NCBI GenBank assembly: GCA_017479865.1
Contig: JAFVBS010000014.1
Coordinates: 4,532-68,531, forward strand
DNA length: 64,000 nt
Direction of reading: 5' to 3'
DNA from: Clostridia bacterium
Lineage (GTDB): Bacteria; Bacillota; Clostridia; TANB77; CAG-508
Of this stretch, positions 46,508-56,379 are shown piece after piece (the first letter of the stretch is position 1; every line of letters starts with the position of its first letter). A program made the translations under genes and the position numbers. The notes beneath the pieces are model-generated. The model worked only from the letters and a program-made list of their open reading frames with translations, was not told the origin of the DNA and ran no database searches.

Positions 46508-47089
46508 TTACCTTAATAAATAGCGCACAGAAGAAGCAATGGTGTCAATGACAACAGAAGTCAATAATACATATACAGTTACTACTTGAACTTTATAAGG
46601 AATTTTTGCTAATAGCCATTTTAACTTTTTTTCCACGAAAGGGTAAAGATGATTAATAAATAAAATGGCAATCATTCCCCAGGCAAGAAAATAGAAAACG
46701 CTGATACGACCATTTAAATTCATAAACTCACCAGTGTAATCCCACCAATGCATGGCAAATAAAGCTTCTAAAACATAACTTACTACATATTCAAAAGCAG
46801 AAAATGCAACGGCAGAATAGAAAAAGAGCTTTGCATTATTTTCCTTATATTTTCCTAGAAATGCAATCAACAATAAAGCGCCCCATCCGTAAATAGGGCA
46901 AATGGGACCATATAAAAATCCTCTCTTGGTAAAATAATGTAGAGTATATAAGCAAAATAACGTCTCTAGAATCCATCCAACAAAAGAAAATAAAACGAAA
47001 TATAGAACGAAAAGCTGCACTTTTGTAAGTTGCTTTTTGGGTGCTTCAACATTTAAAACATGTTCTTGTTCCAATTGAGTTTTTTCCAT
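46508..47089 (-). CDS. DUF1113 / 'putative ABC-transporter type IV' (CmpB-like) membrane protein
   Basis: 193 aa with FSFVGWILETLFC...KRGFLYGPICPIYGWGALLL and six TM helices. Confidence 0.65.
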   Translation of the reverse strand: MEKTQLEQEHVLNVEAPKKQLTKVQLFVLYFVLFSFVGWILETLFCLYTLHYFTKRGFLYGPICPIYGWGALLLIAFLGKYKENNAKLFFYSAVAFSAFEYVVSYVLEALFAMHWWDYTGEFMNLNGRISVFYFLAWGMIAILFINHLYPFVEKKLKWLLAKIPYKVQVVTVYVLLTSVVIDTIASSVRYLLR

Positions 47090-47143
47090 TCAAATATCCC
47101 TCTTTCATTTATTGTGTATATCTTATCAGAAATTTGAAATATG

Positions 47144-47169
47144 TCAATGGGGGACGGAGAATTTTGACA
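47144..47169. repeat. Copy 1 of a 26-nt GC-rich intergenic repeat
   Basis: TCAATGGGGGACGGAGAATTTTGACA. Its ends coincide with divergent -35-like boxes: TGTCAA at 47143-48 and TTGACA at 47164-69. Confidence 0.6.
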
Positions 47170-47263
47170 CAAAATATAGCAAAGTAATGAAAAATATGGT
47201 AATATGTTGTTATAGAAAATATAGAATCACAAAGCAATGCAGTGAAAAAGAAAGGAATTAATC

Positions 47264-48499
47264 ATGAAAAAACCAGAATTATTAGCACCAGCAGGGTCAT
47301 TTGAAAAGGCAAAAACTGCTTTTTTATATGGCGCAGATGCCATTTACTGTGGCACGGGAAAGCTATCGTTACGAAGCAGAGCAGAGGTTGACGATAACGA
47401 TTTAGCAAAAACAATTGAATATGCACACAGTATTGGTAAAAAAGTTTATGCTGCTATTAACATTTATGCTTGGGACAGTTATTACGAAGAAATAAAAGAA
47501 CAAGCAAAAATGCTAAACAAGTTAAAAGTAGATGCCATTATTGCCTCAGATGGAGGAGTGATTGAAATTTTAAAGGAATATGCTCCAGATGTTGCCATTC
47601 ATGTGAGCACACAAGCCAACACGGTTAGCTACCACAGTGCTAACTTTTGGTATAAAAATGGCGCCAAAAGAGTTATTTTAGGAAGAGAAATGAGCAAAGA
47701 CCAAATCAAAGAATTAATAGCTCATAAGGAAGAGAACCTAGAGGTGGAAATGTTCGTACACGGTGCTATTTGTTTTGGCTATTCTGGCAGATGTTTTTTA
47801 AGTGACTTTCTAGCGGGAAGAAGTGCTAATTTAGGGGATTGTGCTCAAAGTTGCAGATGGGCGTACAATATTTATGTAGAAGAAACAAATAACCCTGGTA
47901 ATCTAATGCCAGTAGAGCATGACGAAAAAGGAACTTATATTTTTTCTTCCAAAGATTTATGTTTAATTAAGGAAATTCCAGAAATTATCAATATGGGAGT
48001 AGATAGCCTAAAATTAGAAGGAAGACTCAAAACGGAATATTATCTTGCCTCAATAGTGAATTGCTATCGTAATGCCATTGATGATTATTTTAAAAATCCT
48101 GATGAATATGATGCCTCTAAGTATTTAACAGAAATTGAAAAAACAAAAACCAGAGGATTAACCACCTTCTATTTTAATGATAGAAATAATAAGGATTTTC
48201 AGGAATATGAAGGAAAACAATATAACCCTAATTATGAATTTGGAGGAAAAGTATTGCACTTAGAAACAGAGAAAACATTAGTTGAAATCCGTAATAAACT
48301 CACAGTAGGAGATGAAATGGAAATTATTATTCCAAACAAGCTACAGCCAGTTAGCTTTGTGATAGAACATTTATGGGACTCTGAAACAGGAGAATCCATT
48401 CAAACTGTCAATCCAGGAAAATTGGGTCAAACTGTTCTCATGAAACTGCCTATCCCAGTAGAAGAAGGATGGATTTTGAGAAGAAAAAAGGGCTTCTAA
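47264..48499 (+). CDS. Peptidase U32 family protein (YrrO/TrhP-like; tRNA ho5U synthesis family)
   Basis: MKKPELLAPAGSFEKAKTAFLYGADAIYCG, and the E..VHGA.C..YSGRC motif (EMFVHGAICFGYSGRCFLS). Confidence 0.85.
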   Translation: MKKPELLAPAGSFEKAKTAFLYGADAIYCGTGKLSLRSRAEVDDNDLAKTIEYAHSIGKKVYAAINIYAWDSYYEEIKEQAKMLNKLKVDAIIASDGGVIEILKEYAPDVAIHVSTQANTVSYHSANFWYKNGAKRVILGREMSKDQIKELIAHKEENLEVEMFVHGAICFGYSGRCFLSDFLAGRSANLGDCAQSCRWAYNIYVEETNNPGNLMPVEHDEKGTYIFSSKDLCLIKEIPEIINMGVDSLKLEGRLKTEYYLASIVNCYRNAIDDYFKNPDEYDASKYLTEIEKTKTRGLTTFYFNDRNNKDFQEYEGKQYNPNYEFGGKVLHLETEKTLVEIRNKLTVGDEMEIIIPNKLQPVSFVIEHLWDSETGESIQTVNPGKLGQTVLMKLPIPVEEGWILRRKKGF

Positions 48500-48556
48500 T
48501 TTAGAAACCCTTTTTTGAGGCTAGCATTCTGGTATTACTAGGTGATGTTTAGAAAC

Positions 48557-48790
48557 TTAATCACCAGAAGCCATTTTCCTATACTTTTCAACGATTGCTT
48601 TAATGTCTGAAGTAGGACAAGTAATGTTGGGGAATTCGTATTGCTCATATAAGCCCTCTTTCAAAGTTTCTTCCAAGAGAGGAAAATTCCTTCTTTCGAT
48701 GGCAAGCATTAATGAGCGTTTCCACTCCGCTTCGTCTTTTTGTCTTTCCCAGACAGAAAGACTTTCACCATAGGTTTTCCGCCGGGCCAT
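48557..48790 (-). CDS. Small hypothetical protein (77 aa)
   Basis: AGGAGG RBS and a perfect consensus promoter upstream. It has no recognisable motif (MARRKTYGESLSVWERQKDEAEWKRS...). Confidence 0.55.
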   Translation of the reverse strand: MARRKTYGESLSVWERQKDEAEWKRSLMLAIERRNFPLLEETLKEGLYEQYEFPNITCPTSDIKAIVEKYRKMASGD

Positions 48791-48824
48791 ATAGGACGCC
48801 TCCTTTTTTATTGGTAATAATTAT

Positions 48825-48853
48825 ATTATACGCCATTATTAATTTTATGTCAA
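48825..48853 (-). promoter_or_regulatory. Perfect consensus sigma-A promoter for the 77-aa gene
   Basis: On the reverse strand: TTGACA (48848-48853), a 17-nt spacer, then TATAAT (48825-48830). Confidence 0.6.
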
Positions 48854-49667
48854 TTATAAATTCTCTAACTTTTCTAATTTTAATCCAACTAAAAATCCAA
48901 ACAATAATAGTAAAATGGAGAATAGGCTTTGTAGATTAAATGAAAAGCATGGATATAGTACAAGAACAGAGCCTAATACAAAACCAATAATACTATAAAA
49001 AGTTTGCGTAAAATATTTTTGCAGGCACCATTGGATAAGTTTTAACAGAATCAGGCAACCTACTATTATTCCAATTCCCATAGGAAGCAAGACGGCAAAA
49101 TTTAAGTCAGAAATTGCCTGTAAATAAGTAGAATACACACCAAGTGTCATTAGAATAACAGTGCTACTAACTCCAGGAATAACAATTCCGGCAAGACATG
49201 GCAAAACCAGCCAACACCAAATAAACAAAGCTATAATTTATGCTCTGAGTGCCAATAAAAGAAGGAAGGATTATTTCTAATCGAATAGATAGAAGGCCAA
49301 TGAAAAAAGCAACTAAAAGATAAATCAAGTAGTGCAATCGAAAGCCATTTTTTCCATTGGCTTTTTTGAATAGAATTGGAATACTCCCTATAATAAAGCC
49401 AATAAAAAGAGACTTAGTAGGCATCGGAAACGTATGAAAAAAGTAATTGAGCAATTTTCCAAACAAAAATACACCAATGACACCTCCTAAGGCAAAAGGT
49501 AACAAAAACAAAAAATTCTCTTTAAAATTCTTTTTTAAATTTAAGATGCTATCTACTAATTTTTCGTAAATACCAAAAATTACGCAAAACACACCACTGC
49601 TAATACCAGGTAAAATGGCCCCTGCTCCAATAAAAATTCCTTTCAAAAAATTCGTAAAAAAAATCAT
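48854..49667 (-). pseudogene. DUF368-family membrane protein (undecaprenyl-phosphate recycling family) split by a 1-nt frameshift
   Basis: The N-terminal half (49167-49667) carries GAGAILPGISSG. The C-terminal half (48854-49228) carries the repeat motif AGIVIPGVSS. The span is 814 nt (3n+1), and the frame switch must lie at about 49190-49200. Confidence 0.75.
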
Positions 49668-49932
49668 TTTACTTTATTTTCCCTTCATCTCAATTTCTTC
49701 TAACATATTCAAAACTAGTTCAAATATGACTGTAAAGAAATGTTACAATTGTATAAAATTTTTTGGAAAGTATCGGCAATGTTGGAATTCCAATGGAACA
49801 ATCGAAAAAAGAAAAGTAATAAGAGGAAAATGAAGGAAAAATGAAAGAATGTATAAAAAATGGTGCGTAAATTAAAAGTACATCATATTATACAAGATCA
49901 TTACTTTAATCAATTAATAAAGCAAAGAAATC

Positions 49933-49977
49933 AAAAGCACTTTGAATTTATATGTAGAATAAATTCAAAGTGCTTTT
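49933..49977. terminator. 18-bp perfect hairpin terminator
   Basis: AAAAGCACTTTGAATTTA (49933-49950) pairs with TAAATTCAAAGTGCTTTT (49960-49977). It lies downstream of the minus-strand gene that ends at 50005. Confidence 0.7.
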
Positions 49978-50004
49978 TGGAATGGGAATTTTGTTCTATA
50001 AATA

Positions 50005-51131
50005 TTACTTTAAATGCCATGCTGTATCATATGTTGTATGAGTTTTATCATTATTACTAGCTTCCACCATAACTGTTGATTTTAAAGTAACAATTGGTCT
50101 CAATCCAAACCATGACATAGTTGAATTCCTTTCCGACAAAAAGCTGCCATTTCCAGAAACATGCATAAGTGTTCCATTCTCAGCAGAAGCCCCCGCAATT
50201 GAGCCCTCAGTATCTGTGACATAAGGAAGATAATAGGAAGAACCTATTGCTCTTAAAGGGTCATTTTGAGATAAACTATTAATTTCTTCATAAGAAACCA
50301 AACGAGCAGAACCAACTTTAGCCATATCATTTTCATACATTGACCAATTCCTAGACTTCAAATTAGATGTATTATAGCTAGCCTTTGATACACTGCCTTT
50401 TAAAACAAACTCACCCTCAAACCCACCGTCCACTATGCCAGCACCAGCATAGAAAGCCTCAGGAATTCCTGCATGAATAATAGTAACTTCATTATTATTA
50501 TAATCTATTTTAAATACTCTCCATCCCTTTGGCTCTTTAGCATGGTTATCTTGAAACATAATATAAGAAGAATCTTTGCTATCACCAGACTCAAAACCGG
50601 CGAATACGAACCTTTTTAGTACGCCTTTTGGATTTTTTGTATAATATAAATCTCCTAGTAATGCTATATCTTTGTTAGTCCAGTCTCCCGCTTTATAATC
50701 TACATAGTCTCCTATATTTACACATTCTGTTATTGATTTTTCTACTTCTTTAAATACAACTGTTCTTTTTCCTATTGTTACTTGTCCAGTCTTCTTAATT
50801 TGCTCCACCTCATCGGCTGTTAATATATTTTTTCATTTGGTCCTAGTTTTTCTAATAATTCATCTAGGCTTTCTGCAATTTCAGTTTCTGATTGTTTGTC
50901 TATATCTTGGTTCATTTTCCATAAATCTCTTTCATCTTGTACTGTTGCCACTCTTGATTCTTCTTTACTTTCTGTTGCTCTTGCTAATAATCCATCATCT
51001 CCAGTCAATATTGTAATACTTATTGCTGCTAATATTAGTAACACAATAATAGTAACCACTACAGCTATCAAAGTAATACCAGCATTCTTATTTTTTTGAA
51101 TTCCTTTCTTTAGCATTTGTAAATCTTTCAT
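50005..51131 (-). pseudogene. Prepilin-type N-terminal domain protein with a roughly 270-aa C-terminal domain, split at a homopolymer
   Basis: The class III signal is MKDLQMLKKGIQKNKNAG|ITLIAVVVTIIVLLILAAISI, from the ATG at 51129-51131 after AAAGGTGGT. ORF 50820-51170 stops in GAAAAAATATATTAA. One extra A in the run (plus-strand T6 at 50828-50833) gives ...GPNEKNILTADEVEQIKKTGQ..., joining it to ORF 50005-50808. Confidence 0.65.
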
Positions 51132-51381
51132 TGTTACCACCTTTCTTATCTTTTGTTTCAAAGATATCATAAATTTAACATATTTTAAGCTCCTTTGTTC
51201 TTTAGAGCTTATATTTATAATAGCATTTTACTATTTTTCTTGCAACAATTTTTACCATTTTTTTATATAAAATTTTAAAAAAATTCTTTTGAAAATAAAA
51301 CAAAAACCATGGTAAAAATAGGAAAAGTATGATATAGTGATAATAAACTGATTTTACTTTGAGAAAGGGGGTTCAATCAAA

Positions 51382-54129
51382 TTGAGTAGATTAGTATTAA
51401 TCGATGGAAATAATATTTTAAACCGTGCATTTTATGGTATTATGGGATCAAAAATGCTCATGACGCCAGATGGAAAATATACCAATGCTGTATATGGCTT
51501 TTTAGCAATTTTATTCAAAGTATTAGATGATTTACAACCAGAATATTTAGCAGTTACATTCGATTTAAAGGCACCAACTGCAAGGCATAAAATGTATGAG
51601 GGATATAAAGCAAATCGTAAAGGAATGCCAAATGAACTTGCAGAGCAAATGCCAATTGTAAAAGAAATTTTACGTGATATGAATATCATGATTATTGAAA
51701 AAGAGGGCTATGAAGCAGATGACATTATGGGAACCTTAGCTAAAAGGGCAGAAAAAGAGGGATTGGAAGTCACTATTGTTTCAGGGGATAGAGATACATT
51801 TCAACTTGCTTCTGAAAAAATTACAATTCGTATTCCACATACCAAATTAGGAAAAACAGAAACCGATGAGTTCGATAAAGCAGCAATTATTGAAAAATAT
51901 GGTGTTACACCAAAACAGCTGATTGAAGTAAAAGGACTCATGGGAGATAATTCAGATAATATTCCAGGGGTACCAGGAATTGGAGAAAAAACGGCATTAG
52001 AGCTGATTAAAAAGTATCATAGCATTGAACAACTTTATGAGCAAATTGAAAAAAATGAGGATGACTTAAAAGGAAAAATAAGAGAAAAAATTGCAACCAA
52101 TAAAGAACTTGCAGAGCTTTCAAAAACATTAGGAACGATTAATTTGCAAGTACCAATCGAACAAACTATTGAAGATTTACTTAAACAAGAATGGAATCAG
52201 GAAAAAGTGTTAGCAAAATTTCAAGAGCTTCATTTTAACCGTTTTATTGAAAGATTTGGCTTAGAACAACAGGCAAAAGAACCACAAAAAACATTAGACC
52301 AGCTTTTTACTATTGAAACTATCAAGGCAGATAATGTTGACAAAATACAAGAAATTATACAAAACATCAAAGCTAGCAAAAAGATGATTTATTTTTTAGG
52401 AAAAAAAGAGGTAACACAAGAAAAAAATGTTTTACAAATTATTCCAAAAAGGATTACTTCACTTAGCATTTATATACCAGAAAAAAACTTAGTATACTTC
52501 ATCAAAATAGAAAATGAAAAAAGTTTGAAAAACTCCTTCGCAGGAGTATTAGAAGATAGTACTATCCAAAAATATGGACACCACTTAAGTGAAGATTACT
52601 GCCTACTTCAACAAGAAAATATCGCGTTAAAAGGAATTTACTTTGATAGCGAAATTGCAGCTTATGACTTAAACCCATCTAATAATCATTATGACTTAGA
52701 AGAGCTGGCAAGCCAATATCTTGGTATTGATACAAATACGTTGCTCTCTAATTTTGATGCTAAAACAGAGGAAACGCAACTGAACTTATTTCAAATGGAA
52801 GAGACAAAACAAAAGGAAACTGTCTTAGAAAAAAATCAAAATGCATTAATGGTATATATTATTGGAAATTTAATTGAACTTACCTTCAAAAAGCTAGAAA
52901 AAATCAATTCGTTCAATCTATTCAATGAAATTGAAATGCCATTGGTAGAAGTGTTAGGAAGTATGCAATATACAGGAATTAAAGCGAATAAAGAGGAACT
53001 CATCAATTTTGGAAATCAATTAAAAGAAAAACTACAACACTTGACACAAGAAATTTATGGCTTATGTGGAGAAGAGTTTAATGTTAATTCTACCCAACAA
53101 TTAGGTAGCATTTTATTTGAAAAATTACAACTGCCAGTGTACAAAAAAACCAAAAAGGGGTACTCTACAGATGTTGATATTCTAGAAAAGTTAAAAGGGG
53201 AACACCCTGTTATAGAAAAAATTTTAGAGTATCGAAGCTTGACAAAATTAAATTCTACTTATGTAGCAGGGCTTATTCCTTATATTCATGAGCAAGATGG
53301 TTGCATTCACTCTTATTTCCATCAAACAATTACAGCAACAGGAAGAATTAGTTCTACAGAACCAAATTTACAAAATATTCCTGCACGTATGGAATTAGGT
53401 AAGCAAATACGCAAGGCATTTGTAGCAAAAGAGGGATATGTTTTTATTGATGCTGACTATTCTCAAGTTGAGTTAAGAGTACTAGCACATATTTCAAAAG
53501 ACGAAACCATGAGACAAGCATTTTTTCATGATGAGGATATTCATAGGCAGGTTGCCTCCAGAGTATTTGATGTGCCTTTTGAAGAGGTAACAAAGGAGCA
53601 AAGAACTGCAGCCAAGGCGGTAAATTTTGGCATTGTATATGGTATTAGTTCTTTTGGTTTATCAGAACAATTAAGTATTGGAAGAAAAAAAGCAGAACAA
53701 TACATTAATCAATATATGACCAAATATGAAGGCGTAAAAAAGTTCATGGATGACATTGTAGAGGAGGCGAAAGAGAAGGGATATGTAGAAACCCTATTTC
53801 ACCGTAGAAGATATATTCCAGAGCTTTCTTCTAACAACTATATGGTAAGGCAGTTTGGAGCAAGAGCTGCCATGAATACACCTATTCAAGGAACAGCAGC
53901 AGATATTATGAAAATAGCCATGATAAAAGTATTTCAAAAACTGCAAGAAGAAAAACTAGATGCAAAATTAATTTTACAAATTCATGATGAACTGTTAATT
54001 GAATGTAAAATAGAAGAAAAAGAAAAGGTAAAAACCATTTTACAAGATTGTATGGAAAATGCTATTCAATTAGAAGTGCCACTAAAAGTTGAGGTTTCGG
54101 AAGCTGATAATTGGTATGACGTAAAATAA
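51382..54129 (+). CDS. polA: DNA polymerase I
   Basis: 915 aa with a TTG start. It has a 5'-nuclease domain (LIDGNNILNRAFYG, GDNSDNIPGVPGIGEKTA) and polymerase motifs (DYSQVELRVLAH, QGTAADIMK, QIHDEL). Confidence 0.95.
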   Translation: MSRLVLIDGNNILNRAFYGIMGSKMLMTPDGKYTNAVYGFLAILFKVLDDLQPEYLAVTFDLKAPTARHKMYEGYKANRKGMPNELAEQMPIVKEILRDMNIMIIEKEGYEADDIMGTLAKRAEKEGLEVTIVSGDRDTFQLASEKITIRIPHTKLGKTETDEFDKAAIIEKYGVTPKQLIEVKGLMGDNSDNIPGVPGIGEKTALELIKKYHSIEQLYEQIEKNEDDLKGKIREKIATNKELAELSKTLGTINLQVPIEQTIEDLLKQEWNQEKVLAKFQELHFNRFIERFGLEQQAKEPQKTLDQLFTIETIKADNVDKIQEIIQNIKASKKMIYFLGKKEVTQEKNVLQIIPKRITSLSIYIPEKNLVYFIKIENEKSLKNSFAGVLEDSTIQKYGHHLSEDYCLLQQENIALKGIYFDSEIAAYDLNPSNNHYDLEELASQYLGIDTNTLLSNFDAKTEETQLNLFQMEETKQKETVLEKNQNALMVYIIGNLIELTFKKLEKINSFNLFNEIEMPLVEVLGSMQYTGIKANKEELINFGNQLKEKLQHLTQEIYGLCGEEFNVNSTQQLGSILFEKLQLPVYKKTKKGYSTDVDILEKLKGEHPVIEKILEYRSLTKLNSTYVAGLIPYIHEQDGCIHSYFHQTITATGRISSTEPNLQNIPARMELGKQIRKAFVAKEGYVFIDADYSQVELRVLAHISKDETMRQAFFHDEDIHRQVASRVFDVPFEEVTKEQRTAAKAVNFGIVYGISSFGLSEQLSIGRKKAEQYINQYMTKYEGVKKFMDDIVEEAKEKGYVETLFHRRRYIPELSSNNYMVRQFGARAAMNTPIQGTAADIMKIAMIKVFQKLQEEKLDAKLILQIHDELLIECKIEEKEKVKTILQDCMENAIQLEVPLKVEVSEADNWYDVK

Positions 54130-54166
54130 AGTACAAAAGAAAAACAAAAAAGAGGGAGAAAACAAG

Positions 54167-54730
54167 TTGAAAAGAACAGGTATAATTTTAGTGATATTGA
54201 TCATATTAGTAGTTAGCTTATATTATACATTAGATATTAAAACAATTATTTTGAGAAAAATGTATCCAAAAACCTATTCAGAATATGTGTATCAATATAG
54301 CGAAAAATATGAGGTGGATCCACTATTAGTATTTGCAATTATCAAAGCGGAAAGTAATTTTCGACCAAAGTCAAGCTCAAAAAGTGGTGCTATAGGGCTA
54401 ATGCAATTGGTAGTAAAAACAGCAACTGAAGTGTCTAATCAAGTAGAAAACATGGAAACTATTTCAATAGATGCTCTTTATGAGCCAAACATAAACATTC
54501 AATTGGGAGTAAAATATTTTTCGACATTGTTGCAAAAATACAATCACAACATTGCACTAGCACTAGCGGCCTATAATGCTGGAATGGGAAATGTAGACAA
54601 ATGGATAAAAGAGGGAATCATTAGAGATGATGGTTCCGACATTGAAAACATTCCTTATCGTGAAACTAATAATTATGTAAGAAAAATATTGAACAGTTAT
54701 CAAATTTATCAGCAACTTTATCAACAGTAA
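54167..54730 (+). CDS. Membrane-anchored lytic transglycosylase (SLT domain)
   Basis: AIIKAESNFRPKSSSKSGAIGLMQL and AAYNAGMGNV. Confidence 0.85.
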   Translation: MKRTGIILVILIILVVSLYYTLDIKTIILRKMYPKTYSEYVYQYSEKYEVDPLLVFAIIKAESNFRPKSSSKSGAIGLMQLVVKTATEVSNQVENMETISIDALYEPNINIQLGVKYFSTLLQKYNHNIALALAAYNAGMGNVDKWIKEGIIRDDGSDIENIPYRETNNYVRKILNSYQIYQQLYQQ

Positions 54731-54792
54731 TAATGAAAGAAAATGTTCTTGACCCTATCAATGTCTTTTGTCCTGTTCTAAATATATATAAT

Positions 54793-55932
54793 TTAGTCTG
54801 GCACAATGGGGTCAATTATCTCATACTTTCTCACATAATCCTTTGTCTCTGGATTTCCACGCATAATTTCACCGCGATTTTTCTTTAAAAAGTCAACTAA
54901 AGCATATAGGTCTAGCCAAATTTGGTTAGGCCCCTCTTTTTGTACCTCATCAAAAATCAATTGAATACCAAAATGCAAATGCGGAATATTAATATTGTTT
55001 ACGTTTTCCTTGGCACTATAGCCTGTCATGCCAAGATATCCAATGACATCACCAGCTTGAACTATCTTACCCTCATACATATTTTCTGCATAAGGGTGGT
55101 CCTTACGAAGATGAGCATAGTAATAATAACGTTTTTGGTCAAAGCTGCGAATTCCAATTCTCCAACCACCATACTGGTTCCAACCAAGTGCTTCTATTGT
55201 ACCTGATTCTACTGCAATAACAGGTGTACCAATGCTTCCCATCAAATCATTGCCAAAATGCAATCTTTTGTATCCGTAAGAACGAGAATTGCCAAAATCA
55301 TCATAATGACTATAACTATAGTTTTTAGCAATAGGATGAAAAGCTTTTAAACCATAAACAGTAGTAAAGCCAGTTCCCACTTCATCGGCTACGCTATTAT
55401 TAACAGAAGTAGAAGGAGGAGTACTTGCAGTTGTATTCTTTTGAATTTGGTATTCACCAATGAATTCGTGAAGGGCAGAGTCATATCCTTCAAAATAGTA
55501 AGAATAATATTTCATATCCTTGGTAATTTCGTCCATGGTCTCGCCAGCTTTTAAGCGTGCAACCACAGCATCTAAATCTTTTGACTTAAATTTGTCAAAG
55601 TTATTGCCATATTTACAAGCAAGATAGCTAATGAGCTCTATCCAATTGAATTTTACCTCTTCATTTTTTGTATGAGAGTTAATATCTAACTGTGAAGTTT
55701 TTACCAGAACATCATAAGAAACATTAAATTCAAACCATTTAATATAACTTTTTTTCTTTTCCTCTTCCTTTGAAGATGGCTCATTGTTATTAGACCATTC
55801 CATAATATGAAAACGACTTTCTCCTGCACTGACAAAAGTAATTAAAACAAAAGAAATGAGCAATACAAGTAAAATTAAAAACACCAATAATATGGTATGA
55901 AATTTGATTACTTTTATATTTTTTATTAACAA
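54793..55932 (-). CDS. M23-family metallopeptidase, membrane-anchored
   Basis: HFGNDL...GTPVIAVESGTI and PHLHFGIQL. Confidence 0.85.
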   Translation of the reverse strand: MLIKNIKVIKFHTILLVFLILLVLLISFVLITFVSAGESRFHIMEWSNNNEPSSKEEEKKKSYIKWFEFNVSYDVLVKTSQLDINSHTKNEEVKFNWIELISYLACKYGNNFDKFKSKDLDAVVARLKAGETMDEITKDMKYYSYYFEGYDSALHEFIGEYQIQKNTTASTPPSTSVNNSVADEVGTGFTTVYGLKAFHPIAKNYSYSHYDDFGNSRSYGYKRLHFGNDLMGSIGTPVIAVESGTIEALGWNQYGGWRIGIRSFDQKRYYYYAHLRKDHPYAENMYEGKIVQAGDVIGYLGMTGYSAKENVNNINIPHLHFGIQLIFDEVQKEGPNQIWLDLYALVDFLKKNRGEIMRGNPETKDYVRKYEIIDPIVPD

Positions 55933-56103
55933 AATTCGTCACCTATCAAAATATATGATGCGAGTAAAAAGAATATGAGAAATGAAAGAAAATAATATCT
56001 TTGAATAAATCCATGGGAAGCATCATATCATATACTATTAAAATTTTTAAAGCTACAAGATAAAAGAATATGCAAACATAATACTTCATAAAGGAGGACA
56101 AAA

Positions 56104-56307
56104 ATGTTTCTTGTATTTAATAAGCAAAAAATTGCTTCCTACTTAATTGCATTTAGTACTGTTGTTTTATTATTTATGGTAGCTTTTGCAACCACAAATC
56201 AGCAGAATACCGTAGTTACTTCAGCAAATCAAGTAGAGAAGCCAATTTCTTGCATACAAACAGAAGAAAGTTATCAAGCCAATAACAGCATAGATACACA
56301 AAATTAA
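56104..56307 (+). CDS. Small membrane-anchored hypothetical protein (67 aa)
   Basis: AAAGGAGGA RBS and a single TM (IASYLIAFSTVVLLFMVAFA). Confidence 0.5.
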   Translation: MFLVFNKQKIASYLIAFSTVVLLFMVAFATTNQQNTVVTSANQVEKPISCIQTEESYQANNSIDTQN

Positions 56308-56379
56308 TCCTTGATTTTGTATAAAATGGAAAAAAGGTGGAATACTAAACGTATCAAAATAAAGGAGCAGTAAAAAGGC

